64,000 nucleotides of DNA from Octopus sinensis (Eukaryota), in the NCBI RefSeq assembly GCF_006345805.1, contig NC_043003.1, positions 111,352,001 to 111,416,000 on the forward strand. The letters run 5' to 3'. The stretch's first letter is position 1, and each line of letters starts with the position of its first letter. Shown in pieces: positions 26,616 through 40,678 of the stretch. A model generated the notes under the pieces. That model was not told the origin of the DNA, ran no database searches, and was given only the letters and a program-made list of their open reading frames with translations. Made by a program: the position numbers and the translations under genes.

Positions 26616-26758
26616 ATATATAATATATATAGGGAGAGTTTACGAAAGACCCCAAAACGAAGACACGTGGTGTACAAAACATGTATATATATATATCTAT
26701 ATATATATATATATATATATATAATACATACATACATACCCATATATATTATAAATAT

Positions 26759-26800
<42 letters not shown>

Positions 26801-26820
26801 TATATAGTATCTATTTTATA
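26235..26820. repeat. (TCTA)n followed by CA/TA microsatellites
   Basis: Direct inspection; source of the SIYL ORF artefact. Confidence 0.95.
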
Positions 26821-27030
26821 TATATAACTTATAAGTAAGGGCAATAAAAAGAATCTCTCTAACGCCAAAATATGCCGAATATAGACAACGTTAATAACCA
26901 TGTAATTTATCACTAACAAGCACGCATTTCGAAGAAGGCCGATAGAAATTTCTAAAAAATCCCGTTATTACCATATCGGACCTATTTCAGAGTTATTTCA
27001 TAAGAACCTTCTCTTCATCATTTGATATTA

Positions 27031-27073
<43 letters not shown>

Positions 27074-27249
27074 TTTATCAATTTGCAATGCAAGATTCTT
27101 GATGTGAAATCATGTGTTGAGACAGACATTGCTGTATTTCGGGATGTACATTTTATTTTTGTTTTTGCCAAATAAATTCACGCTCTATATATATGCTTTT
27201 CTTCATTCGTTTATTACTTTTTTTCTTTTATTATCTTATGACTATTTTA

Positions 27250-27290
27250 CGGGCGTCTTTCGTCACACATCTGTGACCTCTTCAGCGACA
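27250..27290 (-). ncRNA. Degenerate hammerhead motif (same family as 37136-37180)
   Basis: Minus strand: tcg CTGAAGA g gtcaca gatg tgtgac GAAA gacg cc cg. Core and stem II intact, U16.1 changed to C. Confidence 0.5.
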
Positions 27291-27579
27291 CTTTTTGTTT
27301 CCGCGTGTGCACTTGCTCCACGTATTCCATTGTGTTCTTTTAAGATATGTATCCTTATGTGCGCATCCGATTGTGTCCTTGTTGTTGTGAATGATTGCCT
27401 GTGTGCACGTGTGTGTATGTGTGTGTATGCTTGTGTGTGTCATAGTTTTTAGCAGCAGTGTGGCCTTCCCCTCATTCCCATCCTCCCACTCCATTGTGCT
27501 GTTGCTGTCCTAAGATTCGAGGGACAAAATGGAACAGTTCCGATGTATGCCCGTGGGCATTATACATATATTCGTTTAT

Positions 27580-27706
27580 TCTTTTACTTGTGTCATTCAT
27601 TTGACAGCGGCCATGCTGGAGCACCGCCTCTAGTCGAACGAATCGACTCCCGGACTTATACTTTGTAAGCTTTGTACTTACTCTGTCGGTCTCTTTTGCT
27701 AAACCG
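27580..27706 (-). mobile_element. SINE family A, 3' fragment
   Basis: cttttacttg..gcggccatgctggagcaccgcc..gacttatactttgtaagc. Confidence 0.85.
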
Positions 27707-27745
27707 ATGGTGGGGTATGGTGGGTGGGACAAGCAATCATATACA

Positions 27746-27796
<51 letters not shown>

Positions 27797-27834
27797 GTAT
27801 GTATGTATGTTATATATATATATATGTGTGTGTG

Positions 27835-27886
<52 letters not shown>

Positions 27887-28456
27887 TGAGAAGATAGATA
27901 CAGGCATACATATATATTATATATATGTGTGTGTGTATCTGTATACATAAACGTTGTGCATGTGCGTACTCTTATTAAATCAATCTCTAACTCTCACTTC
28001 TACTTCTTTCTACATTAGTTTTGCTCCTCCTCCTCTCCTCCAACAATCAGTGGGACTCCTAATTTCTAACAGTATACAACAAGCCGGCATTCGCATTCAA
28101 ATAGACAATTTAAGGAGAACAATATAAATATGCAAAACGTTGCCTAACTCCAACATATGACATTAAATTATTTAAAAATAAACCTTGCAACGACAGACTT
28201 TTACATCAATTTCTGTAACTAGCACCTGGATTACAGGAAATATTTTAAATAGGCCAATTCATATGCACCCATCCTCGCGCGCGCATATATATTCAAAATT
28301 TTCTGGAAGTTATAAGGAAAGAAATCCATGAAGACGAGACAAGTGTAAGTATGCCAAGGAATGACATTTACTGTTAGCTGAACGCCAGCAACGTATGCAA
28401 TAGTTGAAAATATACAATGCAAAGCTGACAACTATTGGTGTCAACTATTGGTAACA

Positions 28457-28652
28457 CAAGGCCAGTAAGTTCGTGGGAGATGGGTAGGTCGATTAGATCG
28501 ACCCCAGTATTCATCTGGTCCTTATTTTATCGACCCAGAAAGGATGAAATAAAAGTTGCCCTGGGCAGAATTTGAACTCAGAACGTAAAGGTGGGAGAAA
28601 CGCCAATAGACATTTTGTCCAGCGTGCTGACGATTCTGCTTGCTCACTGCCT
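28457..28652 (-). mobile_element. Diverged SINE family B
   Basis: gatcgaccccagta..tttatcgacccagaaaggatgaa..agaatttgaactcagaacgtaa. Confidence 0.75.
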
Positions 28653-28919
28653 TTATCAGATGAATTAATGCAAATCAATTGTTAAGAGAACGTACATATA
28701 ATATTTTTAAAATCAACGACGAAAAACTGTATAACATAAACTAGAAAGAAAAAAGACAGAATGAAATGGAAGTTTTTTTCGCTATTCGAACATGCAATGT
28801 TTGCCAAGTAGAAACTCAAATTACAAATTACCTCTGTTCGCGCATGTGCATGAATTATAATGCGGTTATGAACACTACGCTCAGGAATGGGACGCGGTGA
28901 CGGTATATCATTGAGTATA

Positions 28920-29154
28920 GGCGGCGAGCTGGCCGAAACGTTAGCACGCCTGGCGAAATGCTTAGCGCTATTTCGTCTGCGTTACGTTGTGAGTTCAAAT
29001 TCCGCCGAGACCAACTTTGTCTTTCATCCTTTCAGGGTCGATAAATTAAGTACCAGTTACGCACTGGGGTCGATGTAATCGACGTAATACCTATGTCTGT
29101 CCTTGTTTGTCCCCTCTGTGCTTAGCCATTTGTGGGTAGTAAAGAAATAGGTAT
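28920..29154 (+). mobile_element. SINE family B, full length with 12-bp target-site duplication
   Basis: ggcggcgagctggc..gagttcaaattcc..gaaataggtat; ggtatatcattg at 28902-28913 and 29150-29161. Confidence 0.92.
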
Positions 29155-32100
29155 ATCATTGTGCATGCGATTACGGAAATCCATAATAAACGAGTATTCG
29201 TATATGTTTATGTTTATGCATATATATATATATATATATATATATACGTGGGGGTGCGTATGTATTTGCTTGCGTTGATATATGTTTTCTGTGGACTTCA
29301 TATTCTAATATAAAAGAGTCATTGTTCTCGGAGGTAGGAATATTATATGTACTTGCATAATGAATATTTACGTCTCATTTATATCTCATCCTAATTATGA
29401 TTTCGTACATCTTAATTATCTTTTCACTAATTAAAACTTATATGCAACATTAGCAGCTTTTGTGTGCTGTTCCCATATGCATCAGCTTGCTTGGGGCCAC
29501 AATATAAAACGAGTTTCCCCATACAGAAACATCGTATTATATAAAGTATACTCTAATTGCATTTCTTATTAGCATCTAGTTTCTTTCTTCGAATTAATTA
29601 GCGAAGATATCTGGAAATAATGGACAACCTAAAGTAAGATTACTAAAGCCATACTTAATAGAGATTGCCTGGCGCCTTAAGTACATCTTTGAAACTGCCA
29701 TATAACTGTCAATCAATGTGCAATTGTACAGAGAAGTAATAATTGCAGCTTTCTGTATCACAGGAAATTTGATATTTATAAGTAACACAAACGGAATTTT
29801 GTCTATGGAAGTAGCAATAATACACATCTTTTCTTAGAATATGTGTATATAATATACAGTAATTAATTGTTGCTTTCAAGTTGAAAGTATCATTTTATCT
29901 TCAAATGTATCTAATGAAAGAGCTATTCCTTTTATACTGTGTTATTTAATTTCTCACGTTTCCAGTTCGGTGTTATATATACAGAAGAGGTAACCAGTGG
30001 AAATTCATGTCTTTTCTTAGTTCAATTACTAACTGAAGCCACTTCAATTTCACAACACGTAGAGTTGATTAGGTTGCCAGTAACTTACTACCTTTATCAT
30101 AGATACTCCATTTTCATTTGTAAACAAAAGGAACATGAAACAAAGACATACTCCCTGTTTATAACGATCAGGATATGACGTTGCATTTCACATAAAATAT
30201 TCTTATGCTCTATCACTTGATGCATAAAAGAAGTTATATAGGGAGAGATTAAATTAAAGAAAGGTGACATGCCGTAAACGTAGTCTGTACAAATGCGGCC
30301 ATGCTTGCACAAGAACAAATTATTATAGTATGCAAACTATTATATATTTAGACACGCAAAATTGAAAAGAAAAACTCAAGTGCACAGCAAGGTTAATTGT
30401 TTTGATGAAATTCTCAGAAGAGAAGTTATCTTCAAGATAAAGCTTTAAGTCCCGTCTTCTTTTGGCAATAACATATATGTAGTAGCTCAGTTGTTATAAA
30501 TAACAGCAAATTCTTCAAAACACACTCTACAACCTTAAAGAAAAGGAAGTAAAATATTAAGCAACGGATTTTGATCGAGAGTGATATTAGTCTCAATATT
30601 AACAACAAAATCATTACGAAAAACAAGTTCTTAGATAAATTATCATAGATATCTTATTTTAAAGGAGCTTCTGACTGAAAATAGAAAACGTTATTAGAAT
30701 TTTAAACAGTAATAAAACAACTGTAAATATTACGTATATGGTTGTACACAATATTTCAACAGTTCCTCATATTGAATTCCCCTAAAATAATATTGCCTAA
30801 CAAAATTAAATTGAAACGATGCCAAAACAATGTTTATATTTGTTGTATATGTACTAGGAAGTAAGTAATTTTCAGTATTAAAAGGTATTTGATTATCTTT
30901 CTTGTCAACTGAACCTAATGAAAAAGACATGCCCTCAAAGTGGAAAGCGAGGTGAACAACTGTAAATGCTTAATGATTTTAAGTGTATTCATAATGTAAG
31001 AAAGCTAAATTTGCGATGCATGAGGAAGGTGCTGTGATTATTCGTTTCAAAGCGATTCTCTCACTCAACAGTCAAACATTTACAAGAGGACACGCTCGAA
31101 AGGGATTTCTAAAATAAGGATAGTCCAACCGTAATTTACACTGAATTTGAATTTTACTCTTAAGATTTATCAAAATAACAGATTAAATAATATTCATACT
31201 GAATTAATACTATAATACCACATATAATAAGGATGCATCTCTTTTTACCATCTCTTTTTCCATATCACTATCAAACTATGTACACTTTTCAAGAAACCAA
31301 GTTATTTCATTTTGTAAGAGGAATAACGAATATATTTGCACGTAATTAGATGGAATTGTATTTCTGAATAATACTCATCATCTCCATAGTGAATTCATAT
31401 ATTTTTTGAAGCTGAAAATAATTGTTACTTATCAAGTTGAGAATAACGATCTATTGTCAAATGTGTAAAAGGAAAACGCTTCTTCTATATAATATTTAGC
31501 TTGATTTCTTATTGCTAACACATCAGGGAGAAATGTGAAATGACGTTTGACGACTGGAAAAAGCCAGGTCTTCTGTCAATTTCATTTGCCATTTGCCAGC
31601 TACAGCTAATTATAAAACCGAAAGATTGATTAGGTCCCATGTATCTTGACGATATTCTATATCTCCATACCCATTTTGTAATTAGTAAAATAATACAAAA
31701 ATAGTAAGATTAGTTACACTCAATATATTCATAGGGTAAATAATACATATAAAAAGTCTTTTATATTTAGAAATTGACTAAAACAAAAATTCCCCTCCAG
31801 TGTATGTCGCCTCCTTCAATACAGCAATGATTATTATACTAAAAGAAAATATCCCAGGAAGATGAAGTGTTACAGTATAATGAATAGATTCCCGAAATTA
31901 TACTAAAAACTGCAATGGATTCGAATTTTTTATACCTTCTTGAACTATTTACACAGGAAATACCATACCATTATATCTTACGTGCTTGGTCAGTTGTTAA
32001 AATCTGCGTTCAAATATTCCATTAATCATACATACCCTACTACCTTAATAAAAAGGGAAGTTACACTGTACGTTTCGATCCTAATATGCTATTTTTAATT

Positions 32101-33670
32101 CGAAAAACGAGGCTTGAGCCACGTTTAGGATTACTTCAAACAGAGCCTTGTTTGATTGATCCAAGTCGAGGCAACAAAAACACAAGCATTAAAAGTAAGA
32201 TAATGTCAAAAGTTTTTATTTTGCATGAGGGTATCTCGAAAAATATGAACAGGCTCTGGAAAATAAATTACTAATTGAAGTCTTCTATTGATCATGTACG
32301 TTATTTCATATTTTCTGATTTTATGCTCCATAGCGAAACACAATTCAGCAAAATTGAATTGAATTGATGCCAAAATGATATAAGAGCTTGTGATATGGAA
32401 CAGAGAATAAGTAAATTTTGGCTATGTGAAACATTTGTATAATTATCTCTGTTGTCAACTGAAGGTGATGAAATAGCTTGACATGAACGTTAAATTGTAG
32501 CTGCGGTAAGTGTTATCTCTTCAATAGAATTCATTATGAATCAAGATGTACGACAGCTAAACCAGAGATATAATGTTTAAATTCTATAATTACTCTGGCA
32601 CTAACTGCATTGTCAAGAATGCGTTACAAAGAATTTCCTTTCAGCCATCAGCAAGCACCTTCTCACTGGACACAAAAAGTACGGAGCTTTCCCTAATAAC
32701 ATCTCCATAATATCATATACACGCTCCACTTAAATTGAATATGTTTTATTTTATTTTGCTTTATTGGAAGTAAAGTAACATATCCAGATTAACTGACATT
32801 CTGAAATACGAATAGTAATATATATTCAATAATTGCTTCTAACAGAGACAGAAGAGCAGAAATACGGTGTCAAACAGTCAATCATTTGGCCACAAGTATC
32901 CAGCACACCGCCAAGTATAATGAAAAGCATGGACAACTTTGGCAGCTTTTGAACTTGGAAAGTAAAAAGCTTCGACAACTACTTCAAGGCATTCTGCCCG
33001 ATGTTATAAATGAACTTGTAACTCTCCAGTCTATAAACCATATTTGATAATGTTGTGTCTTCTTTATTAAGTATAAATTCTAAAACTGCCTCGCAATTTT
33101 ACATTGATTTGTTAGATTATGCAGAAGGAATAATTTTAACATCTTTTTGGAGGGAAATTTATTTGCACGTAACAGAACAGAATTTTGTTACGGGACTAAC
33201 AATAATACAATTCTTTTATGGATTAATGCATATCATAAACACGAAATTGTTGTTGCCTTTCATGCTACGTATATTTTGCTGTATTCAAACGATGTGAGGA
33301 GAAAATGCATCTCTTATAATATTTCATTTGATTTTTATTGTTGAAATTTAAGTTAAAAATGTAGAATGTAAAAACGCCTAAGATTCTCATGGTTTTCATA
33401 GCCAATCTTAGGCATTGAACTCCGATCCATGTGGGTTACTATATTTATCATATATAGCACCAAGAAATCGTTGTTCCCTGTCTGGTTTTCTAAACAGAAC
33501 AGAAAGGAATCATATCAAGTCAATAATGCTCACGGCATGGTATGATACTTTACACTTAAAAAATAATTCTATATATATTTATTGGAAGACTTTTCCCAAA
33601 CAACCAAATGCGAGCAGCAATAAAAGAAGTATCGAAGATGTATTTTGAATTTTTGGGTTTTATGATACAT

Positions 33671-33706
<36 letters not shown>

Positions 33707-34921
33707 GCCTGTGTGTCTGTGTCTCTGTGTGTTTCTATGTCTCTGTGTGCGCGTGTGTTTTGTGTGTGCATGCGTTTACACCTCAGTGTGTGTGAGTGTG
33801 GAAACAAAATATCGAAGAAGATGCCCAAAGAATTGTAAAACAATCAATGCAAGTTTAAATCGTTGAAGAACATATTTGTCTTGGTAACAAGAAGGATGAG
33901 ATTACCGTAACACAGATGTTCGGGAAAACAAACAATAAATGTGCAGATATTATTACACGATGGGGACAGCAATAAAGGAACAAAGAGAATTTGCAGAAAG
34001 AAAAGGCATTCGATTAGTAGACACAAATGTATAACAGGAACAATTCCAGTAAATCTACGATAATGGAAGTATTTACAGGATACACAGAAAGAGAAGATAT
34101 ATCAAGGGATGAGATAAGGTATGATGTTGAATTGCCAAAGGAGGACTAACAAGTTTAGGAAATTACATTTGGACTACATCAAACCCGAACATTTGATTAA
34201 ATGAAACAAATTTTATTTGTTCTGAATGCAATACACATGTCTACCAATAAACCGTACAGAAGACCATATTATTCACGTATACTCAGCTATTATATTAGAC
34301 CGAGTAGCTATCAATCATTAAAAGAAAAACGTAGAAAGGTTATTTTTATTGCTAGGACAATGAATTTACGGTAACTCATGGAAAAAGTAAGGATAAGTGA
34401 TGGCGTCATTATATGTTGTCTTTTCTTTCCAAGTCATAACACCTACAACTACCTCACATATAACTACTTCCTATGGACTGATATTAGGCAATATATAAAT
34501 AAAAGCAAAGCGAGCAGCGGGAACATTGAAGAGGATGATAACAGCCACTACAACAACAACAACAGCAAAAACTTGCACAAATGTAACAGTAATTAAAAGG
34601 ATCGTATTAGAAAGGAAGTTAAGTTGCAAAAGTGATGTCATAAATAAATATTCAACGGTATATCATTCTATATAAATGTCTGATTTAAAATGAGATAAAA
34701 CTCTGAATTTTAAGTTTGTAAGGACAATGATATATTTAAGATATGAGCTATGCAATATTCCATGAATTAATGTTCCTTAGTGAAAAACAATTCAGCAGAG
34801 TTAATTTGAAACGATGCAAAAAATGTGTAAAATATTGCTTTATAGAAAATTAAATACGACATTGTTAGAAATAACATTTCTTTAACTATCTCCCTTGACG
34901 ACTAAAGTATAATAAAAGAGT

Positions 34922-35036
34922 GGGAATATGGGGTAGTCGTTAAGAGCGCGGGATACTAAACCCAAGATTCCGAGTTTGATTCTAGGCAGCGACCTGAATA
35001 ATATTAACAACAACAATAATAATAATAATAATAATA

Positions 35037-35081
<45 letters not shown>

Positions 35082-35225
35082 CATCGAAAAATACCTTAGA
35101 GAATGGGAACTCAGGTGCGAAATTTCCCGAAGACACCTGATTAAGGCTGGAGCCGAAACTTGTTAACAAGAAACAAGATGAGGAAAAATATCCGTCAAAT
35201 GTAAATAATGTAAATAATGTAAAGA
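34922..35225 (+). mobile_element. tRNA-headed, (AAT)n-containing element with PLE-derived hammerhead tail
   Basis: tRNA-like head 34922-34998, (AAT)n, then the tail shared with the Poseidon PLE 3' end including a decayed gacac CTGATTA aggc..gcc GAAAC motif. Ends in (aatgtaaat)n. Confidence 0.85.
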
Positions 35226-35440
35226 AATATGTGTGTGTGTAAATATATATAGGTATAGGTATGTATATAATGATCAGTTAAACAAGATTCGAGCAAAAAA
35301 AAATACAAAGCTCGTCCAAAGTTATTGGCAACCTGATGTTATACAGAGGGAATTATCCGGCTACAGCAGGACTTTATAGCAGGATATGCAACAGGATTTC
35401 CCATTGTATCTATAGAATTTATATCAATAAATAAATGATA

Positions 35441-35848
35441 GGCGCAGAAGTAGTTGTGTGGTAAGTAGCTTGCTAACCAACAACGTGCTTCCGGGTTCAG
35501 TCCCACTGCGTGGCATCTTGGGCAATTGTCTTCTGCTATAGCCCCGGGCCGACCAATGCCTTGTGAGTGAAGTTGGTAGACGGAAACTGAAAGAAGCCTG
35601 TCGTATATATGTATATTTATATATGTGTGTGTGTTTGTGTGTCTGTGTTTGTCCCCCTAGCATTGCTTGACAACCGATGCTGGTGTGTTTACGTCCCCGT
35701 CACTTAGCGGTTCGGCAAAAGAGATCGAGAGAATAAGTACTGGGCTTACAAAGAATAAGTCCCGGGGTCGATTTGCTCGACTAAAGGCGGTGCTCCAGCA
35801 TGTCCGCAGTCAAAATGACTGAAACAAGTAAAAGAGTAAAAGAGTAAG
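35441..35848 (+). mobile_element. SINE family A, full length
   Basis: ggcgcagaagtagttgtgtggtaagtagc...gaaacaagtaaaagagtaaaagagt. Confidence 0.92.
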
Positions 35849-36638
35849 ATAGAAAATGGAATGAACGAGATTCTTTTATTTTAAATTATTACACTTGTTT
35901 CGACAAATTTTGAACTTGTAGCATACTGGTGTAATGTTGTGTAACTATTGTCATACATCTAAGTTGTAAAATGATCTTTTCCAGTGCATTGTTTAAATAA
36001 GTTTCACTTTAGATCCTACCGTCATTTCACTCAACGTGAGAAAACCTACCCAAGGTGATATGTTATTCTTAGTAGTTTACAGACAAAAGTAAACCCCAAT
36101 ATATAGTGACGGACGAAATGCAATTATAATGAAGATATAAAATAGAGAAATAAAGAGACAAACATATAAGGGGGATCAGGTTGCCTCTAAATTACAATCC
36201 TTAATCGTCAGATTATAAGAAAGAGCCAATCAAAATGACGCATAAAATGAAGAATAAAATTACAATTTAGCGATAATAAAGGAATAAAGTGGTGAAGACT
36301 GACAATCCAGTATACATCAATTGTTTTATGCTTTCTTTCTCTTTCTCTCTCTCTCTCACTCTCTCTCTCTCTCTCTCTCGACAGTTAATGGCCCACTTCA
36401 ACACTTAAATCAGCTTCCATTTTAAGCTAATTTTATACCGTCTAGATTTTATATGCTTTTTTGAAATAATTAGAAAAAAACAACACCCCGTATACATATT
36501 CGTCCATATAACCACCTACACAGTATTGTATATTGATGTATTGTTTTGTGTGCACCCACACAGACACAAACAAGCTCACTTACACAGAAATATATATACA
36601 TACGTATTACACATGCCTAGATATATGTATATATATGC

Positions 36639-36694
<56 letters not shown>

Positions 36695-37200
36695 AAATTT
36701 ATCAAAAACAAAAGATGAAGACAGATGTGTAAACATCGAACAGGTGTATTAGTTCAACGCTAGGGAAGACGAGTAAGTCTTTTCCGTTTCTAGCCAAAGC
36801 TCTTCAACCGAAAGAAACACGAGAAAATAATCAGAGAGAGAATAAAAACAGAAAGCTTTAGTAGCTAGCGGCTAATCATGGCGATGGCTGGACAGAGGTG
36901 GTCAGATAGGAAAGTTAGGAAGAAGGGTAGATAATAAAGTAATGGTGATCAAAAAACGAAGGTGTGCGTGCATGTGTACGTGAGAACGTGTGTGCGTGTG
37001 GATAGGGGCTGGTAACTTGACGTGTGGATTGTTGCATTTGGGGATGGTCATCTTGTCAGTTTAGCCAATAAAAACACACGCACTATATATTTCGTGTTTA
37101 TTTTCTTTAGCTTTATTTTATGTTAATTGTATTTCGGCCAGAGTTCTTTTGTCACACTTCTGTGATCTCATCAGTGGTCCTTTGCTTTCTTCTTTCCTTT
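36695..37200 (-). mobile_element. PLE-terminal-repeat-like non-coding segment carrying two hammerhead-like motifs
   Basis: Minus strand 37136-37180: ggacca CTGATGA g atcaca gaag tgtgac AAAA gaac TC tggcc. Minus strand 36776-36814: cttt cggttga agagc tttg gct a GAAA cg ga aaag. Strand-asymmetric composition like the other PLE 3' regions here. Confidence 0.5.
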
Positions 37201-37347
37201 TTGTGTGTCACTCTTTTCTAATCATCTGCCATTTTGTATTCCATTTTGTGCCTGAGTATATCCATGTGTGTGTATGGAATAGCGCATGCATTATCAGTAT
37301 CCTCTGTTTATAAACGATCGATATATATAATATATATATATAGATAC

Positions 37348-37425
<78 letters not shown>

Positions 37426-37441
37426 ATATATATATATATAG

Positions 37442-37475
<34 letters not shown>

Positions 37476-37544
37476 ACTCTATGGACAAGGAAACTCTGAA
37501 TATATATTCTACTTTGAGTGTATGTTTGTGAATACATATCATTT

Positions 37545-38400
37545 TCCCTTTCCCTTGAGTATTCGAAAATGGCAACATCCTCTTTATTCCAAGAGCAAAA
37601 CAATTTTCTCTGTTCGGAAAGATCATCTGCAGTAAATTTTAAAACCTAAATATTTACAAATTTCTGTGAAAAATTCTATTTTGCTTTTCTTTCCTTTCCT
37701 TTCTCCCTGATTATTCAAAATGTAAACAACCTTTTTATTGCAAATCACTGCAGTCTTCTCTGAAATGGACACACAAACGAACATCTCAAAAAAAGAAAAA
37801 AATTAGAAATTTAATATCTACAATTTTGTGTGAACATTTTATCTATAATTTTCCCTGACTACACAAATATTTAAACATGCCTTTTATTGTAACAACACAA
37901 TTAAAGGCACGATAAATAAATTAAGGAGGTAAGCACCTGCCAATATATATATACTGCACAACTACAAAAACTGTAAACCACAGTAAATCTCCTAAAAAGA
38001 ATAGAAAAAAATCCAAAAGAATTCAGAAATTCAAAAATTCAAAAATTCAACAAGGCGAACATCTCTTCCTCCTACTATTCCCAAAGACTGGAATATCTAC
38101 AAGTTCCTGTGAATATTTTAACTCTCCCTCTAAAGGAGTTAGGGAACTACAGCTTTCGAGCGCACAAACGATCAGCTTAAAAAAAAGAAAAACAACAAAC
38201 TTTAATATCTACAACTTCTGTGAATACCTATATCCTTTCCTTTCTCCCTGAGTATTCGGAAATGTAAACATCCTCCTTTTTATTCTAAGAGCAGTACAAT
38301 TTCTCTGTGTGCGGTCATACAAAAGACCATATTTAGTAAAAAGAAGATCTACTAAAAGGATCATATTTATTAAATCTACAACTTTCTGTGAAAATATTAC
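37545..38400. repeat. Degenerate minisatellite, ~150-bp unit
   Basis: Recurrent atatctacaa.tt.tgtgaa and ctttctccctgagtattc.aaaatgtaaacatcct.tttatt motifs near 37550, 37700, 37850, 38095, 38240, 38370. Confidence 0.7.
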
Positions 38401-39380
38401 CTTCGTTTTGTTTTCTTTTTATCTCTACAAACAGCAAGAATTCTTCGCAGGGCTCTTGAAGCTTGACCAGAAAACAAATGTCACCAAGTGCTTAAATGAT
38501 GCACATTGTTGAAATATTTATTCTTCCATCAGCAATAGATAAAATATTTTTTCTTGTTTTTGATATGCTGATATGTTTCTGATATACTTTAAATATTTGT
38601 AGACGAGCTGGCAAAGGATGCAGAGTTCTTCTACGGTGGTTTTGTATGCCATTACACTTTCTCTATTCATACAATTATTATTTAGGATATTTCTATCTTT
38701 CTCTCATATCAATATTACTAGGAATAATGCTGTTACCTTCCAGTAAAATATGGCGTAATGATATACTACTGTAACAGCTTCTAGAAACATGACGTAGATG
38801 CATGCGCAAGATAGTTTGTCTTTCTATTCATGTTAACGTTGTTGTTGCTGCAACATCTGCAATACAGACTGACAAACAGCACACACACACTCACGTACGT
38901 ACATATATGTGAATGCGTATGTATTCGCACAGGCAAGAGTGAATGCACGTGGCTTATTGGTTACGGGTGTGGTACCCGGCATCTTCAGATAGTAGTAAGA
39001 GTTCCTAGATTGTGACCTGTAGCAAACCTCTTCATTGCATAATTCTCCAATACACTCGACTAGGAGAATTGTGAAATGCAGCGACCGTTCTCACTTCCGT
39101 GCAGTGGTAAGGAAGGGTATATGCGCTACAAAAACCGAGAAAATCGCCTTATGAACCTATAGCCTGAAACGGACCTTTAAAACACTGTTCAACTATCATC
39201 ATATATACGCGAGTTTGCGTGTGTATGTATGTGTGTGTGTGGGTGTTTGTGTATGTGTGTGTGTGTGTGCTTGTGTGCTTGTTTGCCTGTGTGCCGTGTG
39301 TGGCGGATCTACTGTTCAGAAATATTCACTTTACAAACATCATAAGCCCGCGTTCATGGAATGTATGTCTCTCTCACTCA

Positions 39381-39462
<82 letters not shown>

Positions 39463-39510
39463 CTATATATATATATAATATAAAGAGAAGAGAGAGAGAG
39501 AGAGAGAGAG

Positions 39511-39670
39511 AGGAGTGGCTGTGTGGTAAGTAGGTTGTTTACCAGTCACATGGTTCCAGGTTCAGTCCCACTGCGTGCCACCTTGGGCAATTGTCTTCTA
39601 CCATAGCCTCGGGCCGACCAAAGCCTCGTGAGTGGATTTGGTAGACGGAAACTGAAAGAAGCCCGTCGTA
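39511..39670 (+). mobile_element. SINE family A, 5' half
   Basis: aggagtggctgtgtggtaag..gttcagtcccactgcgtgccaccttgggc..gaaagaagcccgtcg. Confidence 0.9.
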
Positions 39671-39744
39671 TATATGTATATGTATAAATATATATGTATA
39701 TATATATATATATATGTGTGTATATTTATATACATATATGCAGA

Positions 39745-39870
<126 letters not shown>

Positions 39871-40608
39871 TGCTCTTTTGATAGCTACAATACGGCTAAT
39901 TCTGCGACATGATATAAAAATGAGTACACGATGTATAGCCGAGAAACCATTATCTATTGTGAATAATATCTTGTACTTTTTCTCTCTCCTAAAGCAGCAA
40001 GCAATGTTTTATTTGCAGCGAAATATAACCCTGGTCTCATACGTTCTTTACTAGCTGCTGTTGACAGGAATAAAATAGACTTCTGGAAATATTTAGAATC
40101 TGTGTGTGTGTGTGGTGTGTGTGTGTGTGTGTGTGTGTTTCTCTGTCTGTGTGCGTGTGTGCTTTGTGTGTGTGCGTGCGCGCGCATAATTATAGTTCCC
40201 TTTCTTACAGAAGGAAATGAATGCTACTGTATACCCCGAAAGCAATATTTCCCCTCGGATGCAATAGCTCTTAACAAAGCTAAATGGTAAAAAATGAAAC
40301 TGTTAGCTAATGTAACACAATATGCAGTAATATTTCTTTCAGGGACATAGTGGTTTCTCTAGGTGATCTAAATCACAAAATACTTTCATATAAAATGGCA
40401 CCTGAATATTTTTTTAAAAAACAGAGATGGAAATTGTGTATGTGATTTCTTTCTGCGTGTGTTTGTATAAGCATCGTGATACAGTGGAGTTGAAATTATG
40501 ATTTGTATATGATAAAATTACATATGAGACTTATATCTGTATATGTTAACACACACAAAATCAGATATTTGTTTGTGTATGTATGTGAGGGGGTGAGAAA
40601 GAGAGCGC

Positions 40609-40678
<70 letters not shown>

